A stretch of 41,049 nt of DNA from assembly GCA_965644315.1 (NCBI GenBank), contig CBFFRQ010000121.1, positions 1-41,049 on the forward strand. Direction: 5' to 3'. Positions 32,212 through 41,049 of the stretch are shown in pieces; the stretch's first letter is position 1; each line of letters begins with the position of its first letter. Origin of the DNA: Caecitellus pseudoparvulus (lineage: Eukaryota; Protista; Bigyra: Bicosoecida). A program made the translations under genes and the position numbers. The notes under the pieces were generated by a model. It searched no databases, was not told where the DNA came from, and saw only the letters and a program-made list of their open reading frames with translations.

Positions 32212-34680
32212 GTGCCGCCTGCAGTCAGCCGTTCTGTCCCGCTGGTGTCTGCGGTAATTGCCACCATGCACCCGACATCAGCCGCGGTCTCGGCTGCGCA
32301 GAAGTTCACGAGGCGCAGTGGGGGCAAGCGACTTGGCCGTTATTTTCCGTATCTTGCGCTGCAGACGAGACCCGCTGCCCCTTGGCGCCTTCACAGTGCC
32401 CTCTACGCCCTCGCCCCGCCTGGCCTGCCAAGCCCACTGACAAACACATGCCACCTCAGCACCAGCACCGGGCACGACTCACCCGCGGTGCTGGTCACCA
32501 AGCACCTGCAGCGGGAAGGCGTGTCGTTGTCTGCACAGGGGTGGGCGCGCATGTTGCGGGTGCTCGTGGCCATGGTGCAGAGTGGGCCTTTTCCCGCAGT
32601 GCACATGGACAGGTGCATGGCAGCCCTGGGCAGCGCGCTGGCTCAGGCGCCCCCCGTAGATGCGCAGGAGTGTGTGCAGATCCTGCTGCCAGTGCTGCAG
32701 CTGTCAATGATGCGTGCCTTTCGCTCTCGGGAGCTGGCTGTGGTGGTGGACCTCACTGTGCAGACGCTGTGCCAGCCCAGTGTGGCGGTCACTCTGCACC
32801 CCTTTGACGCCGCACAGACGCTGGCAGCTGCGCACATTGGAGGCGCAACAGACACGCGCCTCATGGAGGTGCTGCTGCCTCCTCTCAGCGGTGCCCTGGC
32901 CACGTCTGTGCCCCCTGCCATGCCCCCAGGCAACCTGGGCGTTACGGGCGTGTACGTGGACGGCCCTGCTGTTGCCACCAGCGACCCGGAGTTTGCGTAC
33001 TTCCACGCTGGCCGGGACCATGGTGCAGAGCGAGAAGTCAGCCACCTGGACGCGGCCGGTGCCAGCAACCTTGGCCGCCTTGGCACCACCTTCACTCCCT
33101 TCTCGCCCCAGGAGGTACACGCCCAAGCCCTGGCGGGCGCGGCCGCCGTGCTGCAGACAGCTGTGGCGGCACCCCCCGGTGCTGAGCGTGACTTGGCGCT
33201 CCCCGCCGCCACTGCCATTGTGGCGCTGGCCCAGGATGTCGTGAGCAGGGCCCCCCCCGGCGTGGCTGGGTCAGTCCCCAACCCCCTCGCGTCACTGGCG
33301 GCCGAGGCAGAAGCTGGCCACGCCCTGCACCACGCCCTGACAGCTCTCAAGCAGCGCGGTGGAGGGCACCTGGACCCCAACGTGGCCAAGGCCCTGGGCG
33401 CCACTGCGAGCCGGCTGGCGGGGCACTTGCACGCGTACACCCTCAAGGCCTGGCGCGCCTTCAGCTCGCCCTCCCACCCCGACCACCACAAGCAGTCTGC
33501 TGAGGCGGCGTACGCCTTCGTCACCCTGCTGCACAGCATGGCCCACACGCCCCGCATGCTGCGCACGCCACGGACCGTGCGCCCCGGCAGTGTCTCCACC
33601 GCCGGTGTCCGGGGGGCGGTGTCCTCCAAACCCGCGCGCTTGCTCTTCGCCGCCAAGCCGTGGCTGCTGCACAGCCTGCCGTCCTGGGCCCCCAGCCGCA
33701 CCGTGAAGCTGCTGCAGGCCGTCGGTGCCACGCCCGACGCCGACACCCACGTGGCCAGCACCGTGGCTGTGGAGGCACTGTGTGGCCTGGCCACGCACGC
33801 CGTGCAGCGGGTGGCTGAGAATCCCCCCGCACACGGCCACAGCACCCGGCCTCTTGTCTTGCGGGGCTGCAGCCAGGCCTCTGGTCTCCTGCGAGGCGTG
33901 TGTGCGGTGGGCATGCCTGCAGCTGCCCTGCCGCTGCTCACCGTGTCCGTGCAGCCCCCCCGCGGGCACCCAGCACCCCCCCTGCGTGTCAGCGTGGACC
34001 TGCTGGGTGAAGCCCTGGCCGCCATCGGGCACACATGCAGTGCCAGCAGTGGCATGCAGCCCAGCCTACCCGCCCTGTGCATGGCCATGTCGGCTGCCGC
34101 CTTCATCCTGCGCAGCCGAGCCCCCGACTTCCACGACCGCAGCATGAAGGTGAAGGGTGCCAGCGTGCACATGCTGCCCCCTGAGCACCTCCTGGAAGCT
34201 GCAGAGGCGGCAGCCGGGGACATCCCCCTGCACCACCTCTCCCACGCCTTCGTCCAGGGCGTGGCCGGGGACATCTCCCGGCACTGCGCGGAGCAGCTGG
34301 CAAACGGCTCCCTCGTGGCAAGCGGGGCTGTCGGGGTCATGGACGGCCTGCTCGCTGCGCACTTTGCAGCTGAGGGCGGTCCAGCGCCCCTGTCGCCCCC
34401 TGTCACCGACTTCGCCCTGGCCACCCTGGCCCACGTGACACGCACGTCTCGAGTGGGCAGGCGCCCCCTGACGCCCCTCCTGGCCAACGCTGCCAGGGCA
34501 GTGGGCAGCTGGGCTGAGCGGGGCGGCGCTGCAGCACTGGCAGATGACCACCCCGTCATGGCAGCCTGCCGCACCTTCCTCCAAGCCATCACAGACAGCC
34601 CTGCCAAGCACACTGGTGCTCACGCAGAGCGAGCCAAGGCACACGCCGCCGCCGGCCTGGCCGCCCTGCCGCCCTGCTGA
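32212..34680 (+). CDS. Hypothetical Ala/Leu-rich helical protein, possibly OPR/HPR-like repeats; true start uncertain
   Basis: 822-aa ORF with GC3-rich codons filling the gap between SART1 and the ANKRD13-like gene. Weak repeat-like motifs HPFDAAQTLAA..DTRLMEVL and FSPQEV. Confidence 0.55.
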   Translation: MPPAVSRSVPLVSAVIATMHPTSAAVSAAQKFTRRSGGKRLGRYFPYLALQTRPAAPWRLHSALYALAPPGLPSPLTNTCHLSTSTGHDSPAVLVTKHLQREGVSLSAQGWARMLRVLVAMVQSGPFPAVHMDRCMAALGSALAQAPPVDAQECVQILLPVLQLSMMRAFRSRELAVVVDLTVQTLCQPSVAVTLHPFDAAQTLAAAHIGGATDTRLMEVLLPPLSGALATSVPPAMPPGNLGVTGVYVDGPAVATSDPEFAYFHAGRDHGAEREVSHLDAAGASNLGRLGTTFTPFSPQEVHAQALAGAAAVLQTAVAAPPGAERDLALPAATAIVALAQDVVSRAPPGVAGSVPNPLASLAAEAEAGHALHHALTALKQRGGGHLDPNVAKALGATASRLAGHLHAYTLKAWRAFSSPSHPDHHKQSAEAAYAFVTLLHSMAHTPRMLRTPRTVRPGSVSTAGVRGAVSSKPARLLFAAKPWLLHSLPSWAPSRTVKLLQAVGATPDADTHVASTVAVEALCGLATHAVQRVAENPPAHGHSTRPLVLRGCSQASGLLRGVCAVGMPAAALPLLTVSVQPPRGHPAPPLRVSVDLLGEALAAIGHTCSASSGMQPSLPALCMAMSAAAFILRSRAPDFHDRSMKVKGASVHMLPPEHLLEAAEAAAGDIPLHHLSHAFVQGVAGDISRHCAEQLANGSLVASGAVGVMDGLLAAHFAAEGGPAPLSPPVTDFALATLAHVTRTSRVGRRPLTPLLANAARAVGSWAERGGAAALADDHPVMAACRTFLQAITDSPAKHTGAHAERAKAHAAAGLAALPPC

Positions 34681-34688
34681 CGTCTGCA

Positions 34689-36704
34689 TTACAGCTGCCG
34701 GATGAAGCCCTGCTCCTCGTACTCCCCCATGGCGTAGTCCTTCGGCACACTGAACAGCTCCTCGGCTGGCGTGACCAGGTTGCACTCTCCGAACGTGATG
34801 GTGGCGGTGACGGTGGGGAAGACGGGGATGGAGAAACGCACAGGGAAGCCCGCCTCGGGGGGCATGTGGTGCTCGAAGAAGCGCTTGAAGTTGTCGAAGT
34901 GCGCCCCCGTGCGGGCAAGCGCCGCGGCGATGGGCAGCATCTGCTCCCGCGTCAGGGGGAAGCCCGGGTGGAACGCCACCTGGCAATCCATCACCTTCTC
35001 CTCCACACTCGTGTTGGCCTCCTGCACCACGCCCATGTTGTGGCTGGCGATGTGGTCGCCCTCCCGCGCCGCCACGCCTGCTGGGCAGTCAGGCGGCCGC
35101 TCTGTGGTGGCAGGCGCCTTGCCTGGCACCGGCGTGGCGCCAGGGGCGGGTGTCGCGGTGCCTGTCACGGGCTCCGTCCCCAGCTCCGCGAGCAAGGCGT
35201 CCACGGCGCCCTCGTCCACGTCCTTGTGGCCCCGGAACACCTTCATGCCCGGCACGCCGTAGTTGTTCGTGTTGTGGTCGTACTCCAGCACGTGCCCCGC
35301 CTTGAGTCCCTTGAAGTGACTCATGAAATTCACGCGCCGCACCGTCTTTGCCGACGCCGCGGCGCCGTGCAGGCCCTGCCCGCTGTCGCCCTTGCCAGCC
35401 GCCGCGTCCTCCGCCGCTTTGGTGGCAGCGGCAGCCGTGGCGGCGCCAGCCTCCCCGCCGCCCATGGCTGCCAGGGCTGACGTCAGTGGCGCCAGGCCCG
35501 CCTCCGGGCGGTCCTCCACCAGCGCGCCGCTGTGCTGGTGCAGGTCCACCGAGTCAGGGGCGGCGCCCGCCTCCAGGGCTCCCCACTTGGCCTTTTCGTA
35601 CACGGGCAGCCACCAGTCAGCCAGGGTCAGGTCCTTGCGGATGGCGGCATGCGTCAGCTCTGTCTGCTTCAGCCCAGCCATGTCGTACAGGGTGCAGCCA
35701 GTCCACACGTCCACATCGGCAGTCTTGGGGTCGGTGGTGGTGCCTCCCAACCAGCCCTTCGTGAACACCTGCTTGAAGGTGGTGTCCTTGCTCCACCAGT
35801 CAGACACCTTCTGGGGCGTGGACAGCACCTTGCGCACCCAGTCCTGCACGTTCTTGTCCTCGGGGCACAGGAAGCTCTCCCGCCCGTCCCCTGCCGTGCG
35901 CGCCTTGTTGTCCAGCAGCAAGAATTGCCCCTCGTGGCTGCCGCGCTCGGCCTGCACCCTCACGATCTGGCTGACATCCCCCCGCTGCCAGGTCATGCCC
36001 GACATGCCCAGCAGGGTGCTGTCCATGCGCAGGGCGGTGCCGCGCTTGCGAATGGTCATGGTGTCCTTGGGCAGCAGTCCGGACACGAAGGGGATCCAGG
36101 AGCTGAACTCCCACACCATGGTCATCTCGAAGTCGGGCATGGAGGCAAAGCCCTCTGCCAGGCGCGGCGCACGCCGCTGGAAGGCGATGTCGGTTTCTCG
36201 CAGCATGGCCATGACAGTAGAGCGCACCAAGTGCGGGTTGGTCGTCAGCGCTGCCACCTGGTAGCACTCCCACGCCAAGCCGTTCAGCCCCTTCAGCTTG
36301 TCGTGTGGCAGGCGGGCCTTGGCGTACGCGCCCGCCGCCAGCAACATGGCTGCCGCCGTGCTGCGCCCCAGGGCCAGCGCCAGCAAGTACGGCGTGAAGC
36401 CGCTCGCATCACGTGTCTCCAGGTCTGCACAAGGGTATACGGGACACTATGTGCATACTGTAAGAAGCTAAGTGCTGGCACGGCGGCTCCGGCAGGATGC
36501 CGGACGCTGCAACGCAGACGCCGCGTGCGGAAATCGCACCCAACACGCACCGTAGCATTGCGAGGCTAGCAGCTTGTGCAGCAAGGCCAGGTCGCCGTCC
36601 CACACGGCAAAGTGCACATCCAGTGCCACAGATTTGCCGCGGTACGAGCAAACGTTGCCCGAAGTCGCCACGCCCTTTCTCGGGGCTGCCGCTGCCGCTG
36701 CCAT
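34689..36704 (-). CDS. Ankyrin-repeat protein with GPCR-chaperone domain (ANKRD13-like); intron 36425-36550
   Basis: Ankyrin repeats VHFAVWDGD and DLETRDASGFTPYLLAL. GPCR-chaperone-like PDFEMTMVWEFSSWIPFVSGLLPKDT..I.KRGT.LRMDSTLLG..WQRG and PEAGFPVRFSIPVFPTV. Confidence 0.85.
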
Positions 36705-36973
36705 GCCAGGTGTTGCGCCCAAGTCGCTGCAACTTCCTCAAACACTCGGACCACGCGCAGCAGGCCAGGGAACTTCACTTCCTCGAGTGGCGTGAGTACA
36801 TGCAAGAATAGGACACAAGTTGGTTTTCTGTAAATTACTGAAGCCCCAGACTCTGCTGCCGCAGCACATTCTCCCCCCCACCACGGCTCGGCACGTGAAC
36901 TGGACTGTGCAGCTCGCTTGTTCAGCACAGGCTGCAGTGCTGCCCCAGGAAGGGCCAAGACCGTAGATTCTCC

Positions 36974-38065
36974 ATGGACTCTGCATCTTTTCTGTCTAAG
37001 TTCCCGCCCACGCGGTGGTCCTTTGGCTATGGCTCAGGCGTCTTCCAGCAAACCGGGTACGACGGTGAGTGCTGATGAGGAAGCAATTTCCGCTGCACAC
37101 CTCGTGGCTCACGGCCCTCCTACAACCCACCTGCAGACTCTGCCCCGCCCCCGATGGTGGATGTTGTCTTTATCGTGGACGACACTGCCAAGTGGCATGC
37201 TGCGAATCGACTGCTGCACCCCGACCACTACACCGGCGTTGGCGGATGGGGGGAACGATGGGTACAGCTGCTGCAAGGCCCAGGCGCGGCCATGTACTAC
37301 AACACGCTGCTGCCCATGCCCAGTGGTGTGCAGGGTGCGCAGCCAGGCCAGGAACTCAAGTACGGCGTCATCAGCACCGCTGACCTGCTGGCTGACTGTG
37401 CCCAGTGGCGCACCCTGTACATGGCCGGGCGCCTGCACAAACCCATCCGGCCCCTGCAGCCCCTGCCTTCCCGCATTGCAGCAGCACAAAGACAGAACCT
37501 AGCCGCTGCCGCTGCAGCAGCCTCCCTCATGTTGCCGCCCTCCTTCACTGCGTGGTCGTGGCTGTGTGCCATCACCGGCCTCAGCTACACGGGGGACTTC
37601 CGCATGCTGGTGGGGGAGCACCCAGCCAAGGTCTCCAACATCGTGGAGGGCAACCTGCAGAGGTTTGGCGCGCTGTACGCGCCGTTCGTGGGGCCTGGCG
37701 GCGTCGTGGACCTCGCCACGCCGTCTCCCACTGCCACCTTGGCACGCCTGCCCAGTGCCGCCGCGGCACGCTCCATCTGGCTGCGGCGAGACGCCTCTCC
37801 ACAAGGCACTCAACAAGCGCTGGCGTGCCTGCCCCCCCGCCTGCAGGCATGCATCCGCTCCAGCGTGGCTGCGCCTGGCACAGGGGGCGGGCCAGATGCT
37901 TGGCGCGGCATCGCCCGCGCCACAAAGACCCACATCAGTCGCACGGTAGCCTACCCCGCTGGCGTGCAGAGCTTCAAGGGGTTGCTCACGGCTGGGTGGC
38001 AGAAGTCTGCCGCCTACGCAGGCGCCAAGCTGCAGAAGCAGCTGCGCGCACTGCTGCGCAGATGA
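36974..38065 (+). CDS. TAM41: Mitochondrial phosphatidate cytidylyltransferase Tam41/Mmp37; intron 37065-37136
   Basis: FGYGSGVFQQ, MVDVVFIVDD, WHAAN...DHY, LKYGVIST, LYMAGRLHKP, LSYTGDFRM..GEHPAKV.NIV. Confidence 0.92.
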
Positions 38066-38257
38066 GCAGGCACAAACTCGAGCCTGCCCACAATCCTTGA
38101 CACCGACGCGCTGCCGTCGTGCAGGCTGATTCCTCGAGCCTGACGTTGTACCTGCTCTGGCTGCCTGGTTCTGCCTGCCTCCAGCTGTCCAGGCCAGTGC
38201 CACTGCGATCGGGTCAAGGAAGCCAGTGCTCCCGCACGGCCACAGCTCTCCCGCACC

Positions 38258-40560
38258 ATGGCCTCATCAGCAGTGGATGAGCACGCCGCTCTGGCAAGTG
38301 GTGCTGGAGATGAAGGTGTGTGGTTCCAGCCGGCGCAAGCCGCGAAGGCCTGCTGAGCTGCGCGGCAGCCAATCCATGCTTGCTCCAACTGCACTGCACC
38401 TGCGCCTGCGCCCCACGCCAACTTGCCGTGCCGCCTGCAGGCTATCGAGCAACAGCACACGACGAAAGCGAAGCTGTGGACGATTGGGATGCTCAGGGGA
38501 GCGCCAAAGGCCAGAGTGCTGGCAGTCAGCCACAGTCTTGCATCGCCCGCATCAGCCCGTTGCCTGGCCCGCCAGTCGTGAACAACATCGTCGCAAACGA
38601 AGCAGCAGAGCGCTTCTCATACTACAGCATGCGAGCCTTGCTAACGCTGTACATGACAGACAAGCTGGGCTTCGCCCCTCACACAGGTGAGGTGCCTGCG
38701 CCAGCCACGCCCCAGCGCGCAGCCGCCACCCCAGCGCTGACCCTGCCCCCTCTCGCAGCCATCGCCACATTCAGCTTCTTCTCGGCGTCAGTGTATTTCA
38801 GCCCGCTCATCGGCGGAACGGTGGCAGACTCGTACCTTGGCAAGTACAAGACCATTTTCTCCTTCTCCATCGTGTACGTCATCGGCAGCCTCATCCTCAC
38901 CCTGACCTCCATCCAGGCCCTGGAGTGGGGCATGTACTTGGGCCTCCTCCTCATCGCCCTGGGCTCCGGCGGCATCAAGCCCTGTGTGGCCAGCTTCGGC
39001 GCCGAGCAGTACACCGCTGGCGACTACTCCAGCGCCGACCTGGACAAGTACTTCCTCATCTTCTACGCCGCCATCAACTCCGGCAGCATCTTCTCGTACA
39101 TCGTGGCGCCCTTCACGCGCGCCAAGGTGGGCTTCCCCGCCGCATTTAGCCTCTCAGCCGTCATGCTGTCCCTGGCCTTGCTCGTCTTCGCCCTGCCCCG
39201 CAAGCAGTACGTGCACCAGCCCCCCGCCGGCAGCGTCCTGCTGCAGGTCTTGGGCGCGGTCTGCTCCGCCTGCTCCCTCAACGGAGGCTGCCTGCCCACT
39301 TGCGGCCTCATCATGCGCTCGTGGGGCGAGTCGTGTCGCTGCCTGCAGCGCCCCGAGCATGAGCTGGGCGAAGCCCTGGCAGCCCAGGCACAAGGCGACC
39401 CCGCCCTGCACACCGCCACAGCCAGCCCAGCAGGACGAGTGGATGCCGCCGCAGAGGCCCTGGTGCCACATGCTGACGACGCTGAGGCAGGGGTGGGCAG
39501 CGCTGGCGGAGGCACTGCCCTGGACACCTTCGAGATGGGGCCCCAGACTCCCCAGCTGCCGCTGCGTGGCGCAGAGGAGGGCGCTGTGGACGGATCCGCC
39601 CCTGTCCACAAGCGGCGGGGGGCACACTGGATCGACGTGGCTCGTGCGACCCACCCCCGAGATGTCGTGGACGGCGCCAAGGCCGTCCTGGGCGTGACCC
39701 CCTTCTTCCTCGCGTTCCCGCTGTTCTGGACGTTGTTTGACCAGCAAGGCTCAGCGTGGACCCTGCAGGCCAAGAGCACGAACTTGTACTTCTTGGAGCC
39801 TGACAACATCGCCGTGCTGGGGCCTGCCCTGGTGCTCATTTTCATCCCCCTGTACGATCAAGTCATCTTCCCAGGCCTGGCCCGCTGCGGCATCCGCCCC
39901 ACCAACATGCAGAAGATCGGCGCTGGCATGTTCCTGGCCGCCGGCTCCTTCGTGCTGTCAGCACTGGTGCAGGCGATGATTGACGGCGCGGAAGCCGCGG
40001 GCGAACCCAAGATCCCCGTCATGTGGATGCTGCCGCAGTACATCGTCATCACCGCTGCGGAAATCTTGGTCAGCACCATCGGGCAAGCCTGGATGTTCAG
40101 TCAAGCCCCAGAAACCATGCGTGCCACCATGCTGGCGTTCTGGTTCGCGTCCGTCGGCATCGGCGACGTCCTCGCAGGCGTCCTGTACTCTGCCCTCGAG
40201 CACTTGCCCCAGCAGGCCTTCTTCTGGCTGTTCGCATGCTTGATGGGCTTGGCAGCTGTGCTGTACCTCATCCTAGCGGCGTCGTACACGCCCTCTGAGA
40301 GTGCCCTGCGCCGGGCACGCGCGGAGGCTGCAGCACAGGCAGCTGCCACCACCGCGCCGCAGGCAGCTCAGAGCGGTCTTGCTGCCTCAGATGCGCTGGA
40401 CGCCCCCCTCACGTACCAAAGCCCGGAACTGGGCCCCAGCCACCAGGCAGTTGACGCCTTCACCACGCAGCAAGACGCGGAGCACAGCGGGTCAGAGCAT
40501 GACAGTGGCAGTGAAGAGGATGGTGCGCCAGACGTGCATTTGCATGGCGCCCGAGTTTGA
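38258..40560 (+). CDS. Proton-dependent oligopeptide transporter (POT/PTR/NPF family, MFS); introns 38316-38440 and 38687-38758
   Basis: ExxERFxYY motif NEAAERFSYY, PTR2 signatures GGTVADSYLGKYKTI and LIALGSGGIKPCV, FWTLFDQQGSAWTLQA, many hydrophobic helices. Confidence 0.93.
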
Positions 40561-41049
40561 TCAAGTGTTCCCAGCCCGGAACAACACCAGGGCTCTGCGG
40601 GCTTCCCACTGCACGTCCCGCACCAGGCGGGGCGAAGTGGCCGCCGCTTCTTGCAGCAGATCATCAGAACGAGGGAAGCCCCCACGCAGCAGAGCTCGAA
40701 GGGCTCCGGACAGAAGGTTGGGCGGTGCGCTGACGGCGGCCAGAAACTTCTTCCCGTACCCCATGTTAGCAGCATCCAGCAAGGCTTCGGCCACATGAGA
40801 CTCTGAAATGTACTCCAACCGTCCCCCCGCCAATGCTTCTGACACACCGTCAGCCAGCATCAACACCTGCCACCTGCCGTAGTATGCATCCAAGCCTGAC
40901 ATGAACTGGCGCTGAAGCAGCCCAAGCTTGCACAGGCGCTCCACAACGCCCCCTGACCAGCCTATGTTCAGCCGGCGTGCTCTCTCGCTGCTCTGCCGGC
41001 GACCAGGCAGTCCCCCCTGCACCCGCATTTGTATTCCACGGGTCGTGCT
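40561..41049 (-). CDS. Hypothetical protein, 3' end only (extends beyond the window or is spliced upstream)
   Basis: ORF 40561-41028 with helical character ending WEARRALVLFRAGNT. No diagnostic motif recognised. Confidence 0.4.
   Translation of the reverse strand, partial: STTRGIQMRVQGGLPGRRQSSERARRLNIGWSGGVVERLCKLGLLQRQFMSGLDAYYGRWQVLMLADGVSEALAGGRLEYISESHVAEALLDAANMGYGKKFLAAVSAPPNLLSGALRALLRGGFPRSDDLLQEAAATSPRLVRDVQWEARRALVLFRAGNT

Noticed and set aside
1-41049. Prokaryotic origin, CRISPR arrays, rRNA or tRNA genes
   Set aside because: Spliceosomal introns and eukaryote-specific genes (SART1, Puf6, VPS9, TAM41) show a nuclear genome. No repeat-spacer array or structured RNA gene was recognised.

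Overview
GC-rich, very gene-dense eukaryotic (protist-type) DNA with short GT-AG introns; a heterotrophic stramenopile is a plausible but unverified guess. Three zones. (1) 1-13.9 kb: a tandem array of ~5.85-kb units, three copies visible, the first cut by the window edge. Each unit has an uninterrupted ~935-aa ORF with a STAND-like P-loop NTPase (Walker A GPKGxGKS, Walker B hhhhDEAE, GxP-like YGHTPR, winged-helix-like DKGWL) fused to a C-terminal Mrr-like PD-(D/E)xK nuclease (E...GGD...VQVK...IRIVDGxNL), similar to Crinkler/CR NTPase+REase proteins. Units 1 and 2 continue into a decayed fibronectin-III-like gene fragment. The copies are recombinational mosaics, and two carry a D->G change at a predicted catalytic site. 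(2) ~13.9-16.7 kb: a lower-GC island with no intact gene that cuts off the third unit. (3) 16.9-41 kb: compact housekeeping genes (MidA/NDUFAF7-like methyltransferase-TPR, TFIIS, ATP synthase epsilon, AMPK gamma/SNF4, VPS9-domain protein, TPI, Puf6/PUM3, SART1, a helical hypothetical protein, ANKRD13-like, TAM41, POT/PTR transporter, a partial hypothetical gene). All domain calls are from motif recognition by eye; no searches were run.
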